Both the position numbers and the translations under genes were made by a program. Below are positions 47,441-60,218 of a stretch of DNA of 64,000 nt, piece after piece. The notes beneath the pieces were generated by a model, which was given only the letters and a program-made list of their open reading frames with translations, was not told the origin of the DNA and searched no databases. The stretch is from Marsupella aquatica. Taxonomy: Eukaryota > Plantae > Marchantiophyta. The stretch is from positions 4,179,595-4,243,594 of the forward strand of contig OZ316896.1 in NCBI GenBank assembly GCA_973895155.1. The letters are read 5' to 3'. Every line of letters begins with the position of its first letter. Positions within the stretch are counted from its first letter, which is position 1.

Positions 47441-48867
47441 ATGGGTCGTTGCAGCAAGGCGGGAGTCAAGTGGAGACATGGAGTGGAGGGGCGAGGCTGG
47501 ACCGGGTCATTGTAGCGGGCGAGGAAACAGTAAAAAATTCCGCGCAGGAGCAAATTCTTCTCTCACATGACCCTTAATTTTTTATATCCAACTGCCTCCC
47601 TAACAACAACCTGGGTATAATATCCATTTTGGGGAGTCTCATTTTGCTAGTGAACTTCATAGCCATTTGGAGTCATAAAAGTACACAAAAAATATTAAAA
47701 ACAGCAAAAAGCAAAATACATTTAAAACTATTAGTGTCTCCCTAACAACACTCTCATCTCTAACAAAATTCCTGTTTGCTCGCATTATACAATATCTTGG
47801 CTGGACTTGCTTGGCTGCTTCCTGCCATAATGTCAATACATCGGGAGTCATCGCTGTCAGGACGGAGGCATCAGTGGGAGGCTGGGAGCATTCGCAAGGG
47901 AGGGAGAATGGAATAGTGGGGAGGCATAATGAATGCACTAACTCTGACTCCCCTTTGTTTCCCCCGTTGAGACCCCTTTCTTTTTTAGCTCCTTTTTTGC
48001 TTCCTTCTTTCTTTGGCGCAAAAAACACCTAAATTTGAAAGACAATAATCACTGTGAAAAGTGGCTGTCCCTCTTATTAAAGGTTTTAATTGACACTCTT
48101 AGTGATATTTGTCTCTATAATTTTCAAGGATTTTATGGAGAAGAATGCTGTGTCAAGATTTGGATCCACTCATAATGAAAAATACCAATTTTAAAAAATT
48201 TGTACTAAACTTTATGATGAGAAAATCCAGATCTAGTAGGCCTTAAGTGTAGCATGGTCCATGTTATTGGAGAATTATGGGAACTATGACACACAATGCC
48301 TTGTAAACATGACACTACTTTGAATATAATGTGGACAAAGAGCATAAATGTTTAAATACATAGATGTTTGAACAAATCCAATAGTTTGCTTAGTCAATTG
48401 GTATTTAGACGTGTCAACAGATAAACAGAGGTTATGAAGGAATTATTGGAGTTTCAAACCAGCTGTTTTTGTGAAAATTATATGTGACCAAAGTTTTACC
48501 AGCCAGTTTGCGGGTCCCATAAAATTCTACCACCATCAACTTGGGCAGTTAGTGCAATGGCATCCGCATTAAAAATCAGTCCATGCCAATGTGTTGGCGC
48601 CTTTCAGAAAAGCAACCAATTTCAAATTTTTGATGATGTAAGTTAACATTCAAGCAGATGTTGAGACTGGTCTCAAGCCAGAAACCCCCTAGGTAAAGTT
48701 TGCCTACAAGTTGCAACTTGTCAGGGTCTCGGACTAAATTTCTCAAATGGCTGATCAAAATAATGGGGAACAATAGGTTTGAGACTCCGTAATTATTTAT
48801 CTAAAGCCCACTCCAGTGTAACATGTAAGGTTTTTTTTTCTTTTTGCTAATAATTGTGACAAGTGGC

Positions 48868-48966
48868 ACCTTGTGTGAAGGAGAAGATGCTAGAAACACT
48901 GATATCTAATTGTCGTAGATTACACCTTGTGTGAAGGAGAAGATGCTATAAACAATGATATCTAAC
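48868..48966. repeat. 55-bp tandem duplication
   Basis: CACCTTGTGTGAAGGAGAAGATGCTA.AAACA.TGATATCTAA occurs twice. Confidence 0.85.
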
Positions 48967-50331
48967 TTTCCTAGATTATTTTCTGGCCATACGATCTCCC
49001 CAGATTTAAGGATGACTGTTAGATTCTAGCTAAAGGGGTTTGCAACTATGTCAGTGGGACACTGGCTAATGGAAGATAGAAAAACTTGTAAATTAGCTGT
49101 GTGCTTTGGCCCTTTAAGTTTGGTTTTCACTGAGGTGTTGTTGGAATCCATCGGGCACACTTTGACTTTTTAAAAATTAATAAGCGATAAATACTAGCAA
49201 AATGTTGCCTAATGTGCCAATAACTTTTTAGATGGTGGAATCCAACAATTGTTTTGCCACTAAAAACTGCTGGCCCTCACTGGCTCTGGAATGTTAGTTG
49301 CGGCCTCGAAAAGGGGGCCTATTATTATGCCATTTGTTGATTTGAACCATTGGAGATTGAAAATTAAAGGAATCCAGTTTTAGCTTTCTTTTACCCATGC
49401 TTTGCTTACTCTTCATGGACCTCCCTAAGCTCATGCTTCTTATGTCCATATATTTTTGGAAACACCCATTATAAAACATGGTAACCTTAAATCAAACACA
49501 ACAAAACAGCAGCCATTGACTCCTGGCTTGCTGGGCTCATAACTCTCTCATATTTATTGATCAAGCAAAAACTAGCTTTGTTTGAAAACTGGTTGGATTT
49601 ATCTTTCTAATGAGCTAAGGTGGGTGTTCAGAAGTTGAGCAGTTGCAAATAACCTCTTGCAAAATACTGCAAAAACCTAGACATCAATGTTAGGATGTTG
49701 TTGGACTACAGGGTTCTGTTTTGATCATCCCATAACTTTTATGACTGGCTGCCCAAGAGTGTTCTTGTGGGCTTTCCTGGAAAGGCAGTGGCTGTCGCTT
49801 TGACACTCCCTAATACACTTGGTAAGTCTTTTCCAAAACCGAAGGCTATATAGGGAAAGGCTTCAAGTTGGGATAGAAACCTTTTTACTCCACTCTGGTA
49901 ACAAGGATCAACCTTATGTTACAATCATCCTTGTAGAGCCAACAATCCAACCTGTCCTTGCCTTGTTCAGTGCAACTCTAACTGGAACTGTAGTCAGCAC
50001 GGGCAAGATGGAACGTCCACTTTGTTCCGTTTAACTCAACCACTCTCCCAACCAGAGTTATTGATGAACGAATAAGTCAAGGTAAGTGCCCCTCTATGGA
50101 CACCCTACTACACTAAGTAAGTCCTGTTCAATTTACAAACATAAAGCCTACAGAAGGGGTTCAAGGTAGGATAAAAACCTTTTCTAACCGGAGCTGTAGT
50201 CAGCACAATCAAGATTACCCGTCCACTTGTCCGGTTGTCCGGGTTAGAACTCAATCGCTATCCCAACCAGTGTTATCCATGGACTATTAGGGCAAGTCAA
50301 GCGCCCCTCCATGGCCACCCTCAATGACTTA

Positions 50332-50746
50332 GGGCCAACTTGCATGTTGACACTCCTTCACAATGCGGCCCTTACCTCATGCGCCACTTCAGGGAAAAGT
50401 GTGATCTGCTATACCAATCAGAGAAACCAGTACAAGGTCATCGATTGTTCTGTGAGCGACAGTCCAGGACGTGCTATGTATAGAAGCTTGAGCTTTATTT
50501 TATGTTCTGCCAGCGACAGTCCAGGACGTGCTATGTATAGAAGCTTGAGTTTTATTTTATTAGCAAAGTAGAGGTCACTACCTGCAAGGGCAGGAAAGTT
50601 TCCAGACCTTGCCCTTGGGTCCCCACCAGACCTGCACTCAGGCCTGCCAAAGGAGGGGCTTACGGGATTGCACAATTATCAAGTCTCATCATGACATGTT
50701 GTCTAAGGGCCGCATTGTGAAGGACTCTCTAGATGCGAGTTGGGCC
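50332..50746. mobile_element. Tourist-like (PIF/Harbinger) MITE, TSD TTA
   Basis: TTA|GGGCCAACTTGCAT...TCCTTCACAATGCGGCCCTTA pairs with TAAGGGCCGCATTGTGAAGGA...ATGCGAGTTGGGCC|TTA, a ~43-bp imperfect TIR. It contains a 57-bp internal duplication. Confidence 0.8.
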
Positions 50747-50784
50747 TTAGCTGAGTTCTGTTTAATTTAGAAACCAAATGCTAA

Positions 50785-51146
50785 GGGCTGTCTTGCATGT
50801 GCAAGAGTCCTGAAAAAAGCTACCCTTAACAACCCACCTATGTTGGCAAAAAGTGTGTGACAGGATCTAAATACAATCAAGAAAAGCTTACGTGTGTCGT
50901 GCTTCCTCAATCGCATCTACTTCTTTGTCTTTGGCACCGCAAATTGTACAGGGCAAGATCCGCTGCGGTTTTATTTTATTTGCAGTTCAAAGTTGGGGAC
51001 CTCAAGGGCAGGAAATTTTCCAGCCCTTGCCCTTGCATATCTTCTAAAGCCGCCGTCACGACTGCCGGCCTGTTGCTGCATTTACAAATGCCACGGGTTC
51101 AGTTTAGGGCCGGAACACAAAGGACTTGTCACATGCAAGACGGACG
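50785..51146. mobile_element. Second related Tourist-like MITE, TSD TAA
   Basis: TAA|GGGCTGTCTTGCATGTG ... CACATGCAAGACGGACG|TAA. It shares the internal motif CAAGGGCAGGAAA.TTTCCAG.CCTTGCCCTT with the 50332-50746 element. Confidence 0.75.
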
Positions 51147-51722
51147 TAAGTAGTGCTTTAGGGTAGGATAAAAACCCTTTTGACCCCACTCTGGTAACAA
51201 GGATCACCCCCATCCTTTATCCTGTACGTTACAATCATACATGTCGAGTAAATCAGTCCCACCTGTCCTCTCCTCATTCCGTGCAACTCTAACTGAAGCT
51301 GCAGTGGGCGCAATCAAGATCGAACGTCCGCTGTGTCCGGGCTGGAACTCAACCTCTGTCCCAACCGTCGATCTTAACCGTCGATCCAAACCAGAGCTAA
51401 GTTGACCCCTCCACCTCATCAACAAAACGTGGCAAGCCTGAGTGCTCTCTTCCACATCTATGTATATGCTTCAATTCGCTAGATTTCACTTGTTGATCGA
51501 TCAGCGGAGCTCCAGGTCCCACTTCAGAATCTTGCTGGTTCCGGAGAACTCTGTGCGTCCTTGAGAGATCAGCTCACCGATTCTCTGTTTCTCTCATCTC
51601 AGCATCTGCTGCTCTTTGCATTCGTCGTTCTCTCGCTGTTTCTCTCATTTTGGCATCTGCTGCTCTTTGCGTTCGTCGTTCTCTCGTCGTCTCGCTGTTT
51701 CTGAGCAATCCGCGGTATCGAC

Positions 51723-54700
51723 ATGGCCGCGATGCCGATTGCTGCGAGCCCGGTGGTAGCGGCGGCGACGAGCGCCCCACTGCGAGGAGCTTCTGCGTCG
51801 CGATTTGAGTATTCTCGTGAGGCTCTGTCGTCAGCTTTCTGCGTTTCGTTGCGAGGTAATGGAAGGAAGTTGAGGACGTCGATGACGAGTGCGGTGATGC
51901 TAAGAGGGGTAAGTAATGCCGCAGCGCCGCGATGTGTGTTGACGCCGGAGAGGGTTTCTGTCGACGATGGCGGAGAGTTCGCCGGGTCTGCGGAAGGAAT
52001 GGACGGGATAGCCTTCAAGGATTTCGATCGCCCGGACTCGTTTGGGCGGTTTGGAATTTTCGGAGGGAAGTACGTGCCCGAAACACTCATGGCTGCCTTG
52101 GTGGAGCTGGAGGATGCCCACCGCGATATCGTCCCTTCCGCTGCGTTCCAGGTCCCTCTCCTTTCTATAATTTGTCTGTCGCTCTCCATTCTGAATTCTT
52201 CGATGCGGAGTAATTCCGTAAAGCATGTGAATTCGTGGTCTGAAAGATGCTCGCTGATTCTGAATCTTGCGAGCAAATGTATTCGTATATCAATCGTCGA
52301 GGGGCTAATTTGCAGGTTTGTAGTTCAAGAGCTACACTTTGCCGCTTGGCAAAGTTTTCGACAGTGTAGCAGATTTCGAACGGTCAAGTTTAGATATCTA
52401 CTGACGCGGAACGCTATCCAATAAAGAATAGTCTGCGGGCTGTAAGATAACGCGAGCAGGGTATCTGTCATCTAGTTGGTCAATATCGTCGACAGCTGCT
52501 CGGTTTGTGAGTGCACTGAGACTAAGGGTTTTGTGAGCTCGTGATCGTCTACGATTTGGTATTGCGCAGAGCGTCATTATCATCCAGAAGCCTTGAATTT
52601 TGAGGCTTCACTGCAAGACTGTATGTGTTTTTACTATGCGAGAGAGCTGGTCCAATTAGGGCAACTTGGCTTCTGATCAATGCGTCTACTCTAAAGAGCA
52701 GCCCGGGTCTCTCAAGCCTTCAGTGATGAGACATTTCCGTGTGGTCGTCATCTTTGATGTATGATTGTGCGTAAAGTTATTTTTCAACTACAGTAGTTGT
52801 GAATTCTCAAGTCTTTCTTCCAAGTCTTTCTTCCGGGCGTTGCAAGAAAATAAATTCGTTGTGACTGGTCAATTGCCCATCTACCAAATTTCCGGCCCGT
52901 CTCTTAAGACTTTGGGGGAAAATGCTGCCGTGTGAACATCGTTATTTGGTTCGACATTGCCCGGAGATAGTTTTTTTTTAGTCGGGAATCCTTCCGGCTA
53001 TTTGTTCAGAGTTGTGGGCTTGCACGCTCTTGTGCCGTTCCGCGAAAGGCTTGTTCATGGAAGTCGGGTTGAGACGCTGTCTAGATAAATCGTAGCTCGC
53101 AAATGTCGTCGACATCTCCTCCAGCAGCGTCGGGAAAGATCTCAGCTTATCCGAACGTGCCCGAATCTTCTCATTTTCTGCTTAACGCTCGCAACTGTGG
53201 CTAGTTTTTTCAAAATTTCGATGTATTCATGTGGAGCATGTGGTGGAGCATCTGAGAGATGTGGAATTGGACTAGAAGGGTCGCAGTTCGTTTCGCTCAG
53301 TGTTTTATATTCTGTTTTTATATTCTGTACAGGAGGAATTTAAAGGCTACCTGAAGGATTATGTGGGCAGAGCAACGCCCCTGTACTTCGCCGAGCGGCT
53401 GACAGAGCATTACAAGAACGCGAATGGTGGGGAGGGACCGGATATCTACCTGAAGCGCGAGGATTTGAACCATACCGGTGCCCACAAGATCAATAATGCC
53501 GTGGGGCAGGCTCTGCTAGCGAAGCGGCTCGGGAAGAAGCGCGTCATCGCCGAGACAGGCGCTGGACAGCATGGCGTTGCTACTGCCACTGTCTGCGCCC
53601 GCTTTGGGTTAGAATGCGTTGTCTACATGGGCGCCACGGACATGGATCGCCAAGCTCTGAATGTTTTCCGCATGAGGCTACTCGGAGCCGAGGTGCGTCT
53701 CGCTTCTTTATTCTGCTCGCTGTGAAAACTTCGTGCAGCCTCGAGTGCTGGATTAAATTTTTGTCGAGAATCCCTTCCCCGTTATCTGATGTAGAGGGTC
53801 TTACGGACGTCTCTGTTCAGTTGGTATGGCTTGGGGGATTTGGTGCTCTTATGGTCCGTTTCAATTCTCAGTTGTAATTCTGGAGGAGGTATAGATTGGA
53901 GCTAGTTTCGAGTGTTATGTTCAACTGCCGTCGTGAATGCCTTCTCAACCTATCGATCTAGAATGGGCACCATGGTTTCTATTGAGCGGTCTTTTCTTTG
54001 CCGTGAGTGAGGAGTTCTGTGTAGGACTTGCTTGTTGTAATTCTAGAGGTTGGACGGAAGGTTGGAGAGTTCTTCTCCGGGTAATTTGGACGAGGTTCCC
54101 GACCGATCTATTGTCAATTTTACTGCTTATTTCGTACTCTTGGATGTTTCGGAACATTCAGCTAAGTTGTCCGGGGTCCCCACATGCAGGTCCGTCCAGT
54201 CCATTCAGGTACTGCGACTCTCAAGGACGCCACGTCGGAAGCCATTCGAGACTGGGTGACGAATGTAGAGACTACGCATTATATTCTGGGGTCGGTTGCG
54301 GGACCGCACCCGTACCCGATGTTGGTTCGGGACCTCCACAAAGTCATTGGCGAAGAAACTCGACAACAGGCCATGGAGAAGTGGGGCGGCAAGCCTGATG
54401 TCCTCGTGGCTTGCGTCGGAGGGGGCTCAAATGCGATGGGGTTGTTCCACGAGTTTGTAGATGACGAGGATGTTCGTTTGATTGGGGTGGAAGCCGCTGG
54501 TTTTGGAGTGGAGACCGACAAGCATGCTGCCACCTTGACCAAAGGTCAGATTGGGGTTTTGCACGGAGCAATGAGTTATCTTCTGCAGGACAATGATGGC
54601 CAAATCGTCGAGCCTCACTCGATCAGTGCTGGGTATGTACAGTCACGCCTACCTTCAATTTTGATGTAGAGACTTGCTTACTCGAATTGGTCCCTAACAG

Positions 54701-55459
54701 AATTGGTGATGAAAGTGGTCTAAAAGCAGACCGATGTTTCTCTCAAGCAGCTCAAGCTTGTTATATATTAAAACCCCAATCTGGGTCATTGGTTATCTGG
54801 AACTTGGGCGCATTTAGATTCATATGTATGGACATTGCAGGTCAAACTTATACTCCTCCTTAACTACTCTGCTGTACTCCAGCTAAAATCTTCACAATAT
54901 TCGTGGTTTCTCAATTGTGTGTAGGTTGGATTATCCTGGAGTCGGACCTGAGCACAGCTTTTTGAAGTACACGGGTAGGGCAGAGTATTACAGCATCACA
55001 GACGATGAAGCTCTTGGAGGTGAGAATTTGTCGTTGCATAGCATTTCTTTTGCATTTGCTTGAAGCGTTGGTTTTCTTCACAAAGGATATAGGGGACGGC
55101 ATATTCTTGGTCCTCCAACTTGACTATGAGGATTTGTTGGAAAGTAAATGGCAACCATTATTTGACACTGTCTTGCATCTGAGAGGTATTAACTAGGATA
55201 AAGACTGATGTCTTGCCATGTGTTCACGAATCTTTTGTTTTAAGACCTAAGACCTGTTTTTTTTCAAACAATTGTGATTGCAGCTTTCAAACTCATATCG
55301 AAGCTAGAGGGAATCATTCCGGCGCTGGAAACGTCTCATGCTTTGGGGTACCTGGATAAGCTTTGTCCCACGTTGAAAAACGGAACCAAGGTTGTCCTTA
55401 ACCTTAGCGGACGAGGGGACAAGGATGTCAACACTGCAATCAAGCTGTTGAACATGTGA
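51723..55459 (+). CDS. TSB: Tryptophan synthase beta subunit (TrpB1 type), plastid-targeted, ~500 aa, 5 exons
   Basis: Exons 51723-52151, 53333-53692, 54190-54632, 54925-55019, 55284-55459, all with GT-AG introns and in frame. It has an Ala/Ser/Arg-rich transit peptide, then [16 protein letters not shown], the PLP lysine motif [63 protein letters not shown] and NLSGRGDKD. Confidence 0.97.
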
Positions 55460-55739
55460 ATGAAGCTGCAGCCGAAGCTGGTTGGACAGTTGCAGAGTAG
55501 TAGGATTGATGGATATTTTGTGCTGGGAGGCATAGTTGTCATGCCGCAGCAAGAAGGCATCACAGCAGTGACTGCCTATTTTTGTGCTTAGAGCGAGTGC
55601 GCCTCGAAATGTCTCTCCGGCTAGTTATGGATTGACTGTGAGCTGAAGAATTCTTCAGACACTGATTTTTGTACATATGAGATCTCCCTCGAGAGAACCG
55701 GAATTAAGAATTGTCTCCTCGTGAAGGGAGATCAGAAGC

Positions 55740-55870
55740 GGTAGCTGATCAAGTAACATGTGATAGTTGAACAAGAATAACATTTGGTAGCTGATCAGGA
55801 ATAACATTTGTAGCTGATCAAGAATAACATTGGGTAGCTGAACACGAATAACAAATGCTAGTTGAGCAAG
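55740..55870. repeat. ~20-22-bp minisatellite (5-6 units) downstream of TSB
   Basis: GTAGCTGATCAAGAATAACATT-like units repeated. Confidence 0.8.
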
Positions 55871-56574
55871 CATAAAATTTGATTAGCCTGCAGTGATGCG
55901 GCCTTATCTTCAGTTTAATAATGCTTTTCCCAGGTGGGTCATCACGTTGCGAATTGTTTACTGATATGTCAGCTTTGTATTACTAAGTTTTTAGTGACAG
56001 GCTCTCAATCTTGCAACAAAAAATCTCCAGTCGCTGTCTATGATGAAGCCGACACGAACAGGAATTATTGCAGCAGGACCCAGTAATTCACACATTCACA
56101 CATTCTTTCTTTTGTAGCGAACTTTAAATCAGCTGATCATGTGTGCAACACTCGTGCCAATTCAAGGCTTAGGAAATTCCCAACATGATTTCTTGACTAT
56201 GATATTGAACAATCATAAACTCAATAGATAGCTTTCTTAGGTGAGACGTCATCCACTTGAAAAACTCCTTGAAAACAATGCCATAAGAATCTGGAGAGTT
56301 ATATGCTTGATGGCCCCCTTGGTGAAACTTCTTACCCTATGAAACATTTGTTACCTAACTGGCCCCCTCCTCTTAATGAACCTTACTGTTCTTGTGAGGT
56401 GCAAACTTCTTAGTTCACCACGACAAGCCCTCCTTAGTCCACTCTGTGATTTACCGTGCTCCAACCGAGCAACCAATGATGCAGTTTGGGTTCTACATAG
56501 GGTGTGGGTAGGTTTAGCTATGAAGACATTGCATTATGTATTCATGTGTTTAAGGGGTTTAGGGTTGTCGCCGT

Positions 56575-56670
56575 TACCTGACAATTGTCGCTCTATGATT
56601 CTCATGTTCTTTGTGTTGCGGGAGGTACCTGACAATCGTCGCTCTATGATTCTCATGTTCTTTGTGTTGC
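56575..56670. repeat. 52-bp tandem duplication
   Basis: TACCTGACAAT.GTCGCTCTATGATTCTCATGTTCTTTGTGTTGC occurs twice. Confidence 0.85.
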
Positions 56671-58005
56671 AGGAGGGGGGCATTCCATTTCATTCCTATC
56701 ACATTTTCTGAATTCTTTTGCTTCAAGTTTACTCACTTTCAAAACAGTAGTTCGTTCAGTGTCACCTTCAGGTCTTGACATGAATAGGCTTCAGGTTGTT
56801 GATTGAAGCAACCTTTATCCACTATTTTGCTCAATGTTTGGGGTGTATCTACCGGGTTGCAAATGTTCTCCCAAACGAGTTTGAGGTTTACAAGCACAAT
56901 GGGTTTCTGAACGAGGACACTCGTCTTCTCAAAGGTGAGCTAATGAAGCGGCCGAAAGGAAAGGTCCCATCGGCATACATACACCTCAATGGCGTTCATA
57001 GTGGTGCCATAGAGCAAACTAGGTTCCGGTATCAATGTTCAATTTGGCTTCACCCCAACTTGCCATTTCTGATGGGTTTGTGTGCGCAGTTAAGTTTGTC
57101 CTGTAAAAGCTATTTGCGTGAATCTTGAACATTCGACTGACCTCCTGAATATACAGAGCCATGTATGCTGTGAAGATTTTGCCCAAGAGTCCAGGATATT
57201 AAGCAGGACGGGGAGGTCTCAGATTGGAAGCCCCAGACTCTGCTGGAATTGACTGATGCTCGCAAGCTACTGGATGTTGATTGCTGTTGCGACGATTGTT
57301 TAGGTAGAGTTTCTGCTGCTCAAAGTTGATTGGTGCTACTACAATCGTTGATGCAGAACTCCAGTTGCTGAAGTCTATCACTGTTGCATTCAGTTTTGTT
57401 GTGAGTTCTGTGATCCAAGCTGGACCAATTTGTGCTCTCTGTGATCATTGTTGTGATTCAGTTTTGTTAAGAGTTGGGTAGTTGCTGCAGACACTCATGT
57501 TTTTTTCACCCTTAAAACCAAAGACAGTGAAGTTTATTTATTTTGGAACACCAATTCTTGTATAACACTAGCTGTGAGCCATCCCGGTTTGCACAAGCCG
57601 TTCCTCTCCAATTTGTTGCACAGCCACAAACCCCTCAAATGTCCCTTAACAGGTTGTAAAACTACGGTAAATCACTGGGATCCTTCTCACTTTGCAAGCA
57701 ACCTCAGGGTGACAACATTTAGAAGCACTCGACAACAAAATTTGTAACCCTGATTCTTCTTTAGACCTATTTGTTTCCCTTATTTTTATCTTTGAGCAAC
57801 TGTGAAATGCGACAATGAAATTCAGCTCCGGATTCCACCAGAACTCTGACAACATTGCATCCAAATGACCTTGTTTGTACTCGTTAGGCGTATGCTAAGG
57901 GTTATTGTTCGAATTCAAGCAATCCCCTAGTTCTATGTGATTCTCTTCCATCATATTAGTCTCCTAGGTCACTCTTTGTGCACTTTGATACTGTGGACTA
58001 TTGAA

Positions 58006-58260
58006 TCCCAAAATTGGACAAACTGTCAGATCCACATACTCCTTTCTGTACAAGACACACCCTATTGGGCAAGCATGTATGCTCTCCAAAGTAAGCCCTA
58101 TTGATGCGAGCAGTTTCTTTGCCTCTCTCACACCTTGGGGCAAAGTATAATTGGTTGTGGCAAGAGCTTACAAAGCAATTCAAACAATGCATCTGTGTGA
58201 ACATCTGAGGTATTGAAACATCCCCTACAAATTCAACACCAATATAGTGGCTGACATCCT
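58006..58260 (-). mobile_element. CACTA/En-Spm transposase (Tnp2/TNPD-like) remnant, frameshifted
   Basis: Minus-strand translation across one frameshift gives FNTSDVHTDALFELLCKLLPQP / YTLPQGVREAKKLLASIGLTLESIHACPIGCVLYRKEYVDLTVCP. This matches the CACTA LP...EAKK...GL...IHACPNDC.LY...CP motif that precedes the Transposase_21 domain. Confidence 0.8.
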
Positions 58261-58901
58261 GCACAATAGTGAATTAGTGATGACCTCAGTGATGGCATAT
58301 ATGAAAAATACTATGAACAAATATCCCTGTTGCCAAGGTTTAGGGTTTAAGGTACAATGAAGGAGTGATCTTTCCGTGATGACTCTGATCCCTCAACAAC
58401 GGAGTTCCTGCTTCTTTCTCAAGTTGATCCCAATCTTTGTTGACATCGTTTGTGCCATCATGTGGGCCAAAATGACTGTCTACCAAGTGGGCAAATGCAT
58501 CCTCCCCCGCCTGGCCCACACCCTGCCCCCCCCCCCCCCCAACCGGGCCTGGCCCGACCCGCCCACACCCCGCCCCAACCCTGAACCGGGGGGCCGGCTC
58601 GCTAAACCGGGGGAGTCCGGGACCGGGCTGGGAGGGTTTGGGAGAGTTCGGGACCAGGCCGGGAGGGGGTCAGGAAAGTTCGGGACCGAGCCAGGAGAGG
58701 GTCAGGAAAGTTTTGGGCCGGCCGGGGAATATAGGCAAATATGCAACAAATGACCCCTCTTGGAGCCAACAAATGACAAGTTGTTGTGTCCGACAACACA
58801 AGAACTTGTCTGTCAGTTCAAACCCTGAGACCTCTTGATCACCAACCTCTTCTAACAGGGAAGGCTCACATTAATATCTCCTTTGCATTAAATACTCAAA
58901 A

Positions 58902-58985
58902 ATAAAATTTAGATGGATGACAGATTCTATCCCATTTGAAGAATCTGATAAAATTTAGATGGATGACAGATTCTATCCTATTTGT
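58902..58985. repeat. ~46-bp tandem duplication
   Basis: ATAAAATTTAGATGGATGACAGATTCTATCC occurs twice. Confidence 0.85.
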
Positions 58986-59069
58986 AGAATTTTCTCTACA
59001 AAGCCTATCACATTAAATAGGAAAGGTTATTAAGATAGCCAGGGAAGTCTCCACAAAGCTTTTCCAAAC

Positions 59070-59285
59070 AAGTTTTAAGCACAGGCCACTAAAGATGTTT
59101 GAATTTACAATAGTGCCATGGTTTTTTTGTATTTACAAAAATGTCAAGGTTTGCATATATAGTTCCCTAGGTTCCCTTGGTGAACTTGTCATCCATATAC
59201 AAAACCGTGGCATTTTAATAAATACAAAAAACCAGTGGCAGTATTGTCAATTAGAACATATTTAGTGACAAAGTACTTAAAAGTT
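59070..59285. mobile_element. ~215-bp AT-rich foldback MITE-like element
   Basis: The left arm (TTTTAAG...CACTAAA.ATGTT...ACAATA.TGCCA.TGGTTTTTT.GTATTTA) is the imperfect reverse complement of the right arm (TAAATACAAAAAACCAGTGGCAGTATTGT...AACAT.TTTAGTG...CTTAAAA). Confidence 0.7.
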
Positions 59286-60186
59286 TTTTTTTTAATGTTA
59301 GTAGTTTTAGGGATCGGATTAACTATTAAAAGCTAGGTAAGTTCAAGGTGGCACAAAAAGCATTTCTTGTCATGTCAAGATCAATTTTGTCATAGTGTCA
59401 CCACGGTACACTCATTTTCAGGGTTGAAACACGCAGTGACGCATCATGTTGACCCCCTTCCTTGACATTTTTTAGGCCTGGTAATCGGAAGCGTCAAGAG
59501 GCAATTGCTTTTACATTGAAATAAAATTATTTAGATACTTTTTAAGAGTTTTGTTTTCCTTAAATTGGGGTTGCAAAGATTAGGGTGAGTGTGGAATAAG
59601 TATAGAATGGTACAAAAAGTCTATTATGTGGGTCAAGCATTCTAGGTGCAAGAATAGGAGTGTTGGGACTACTGTAAGTCTTGTTTGTTTGTGTAACCCC
59701 TTAGTTTGAGATCCTAAAGTAGGTGCTTTGTTCTATTTCTTGGCCACAAGCGTGAATGGGGAGAAACAATACATTTATTAAATTATTAATATTATTGGCT
59801 TATAAATAATAACAGTACAGTGTATTTTAATGGTCCAATAAAAAGTGATATAACCCATTCTAAATGCAATTCAAGATTGTTTTGCTCGAAGGGGACTTTA
59901 TTTATTGGGTCCATGTATCAGTATATTATTGGGACACATGTCTATTGCTTCTAGTGGTACAGGTGTATATTTATAGAAATCAGATTATTTATCTATACCT
60001 ATGGCAAGCCCTTGAATCTGGGTAGGTTTAAGGTATATACTGTTCAAACAATATCGTTCATTGATTTTTCTATATTGTTTTGATGTATTGTGGCTTTTTG
60101 CCATGAATTTTTAACAAATTAAATGTCCACTGAATGTAAGTCAGAGAGTTGGATATATTGTTTGAAGTAATATCTCAATGGAAACA

Positions 60187-60218
<32 letters not shown>
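60187..60218. repeat. (AAT)~10 microsatellite
   Basis: Pure AAT run read directly. Confidence 0.95.

Larger units (their letters stand above)
49860..51400. repeat. Three diverged tandem units (up to ~300 bp) that host two MITE insertions
   Basis: GGATA.AAACC.TTT...CTAAC.G.A.CTG.AGT.(A/G)GC.C...CAAGAT...CGTCC.CT...AACTCAA....T.TCCCAACC recurs at ~49870, ~50165 and ~51160. Confidence 0.7.

Noticed and set aside
51599-52276. 225-aa minus-strand ORF overlapping TSB exon 1
   Set aside because: Antisense shadow of the GC-rich transit-peptide exon and leader repeats.
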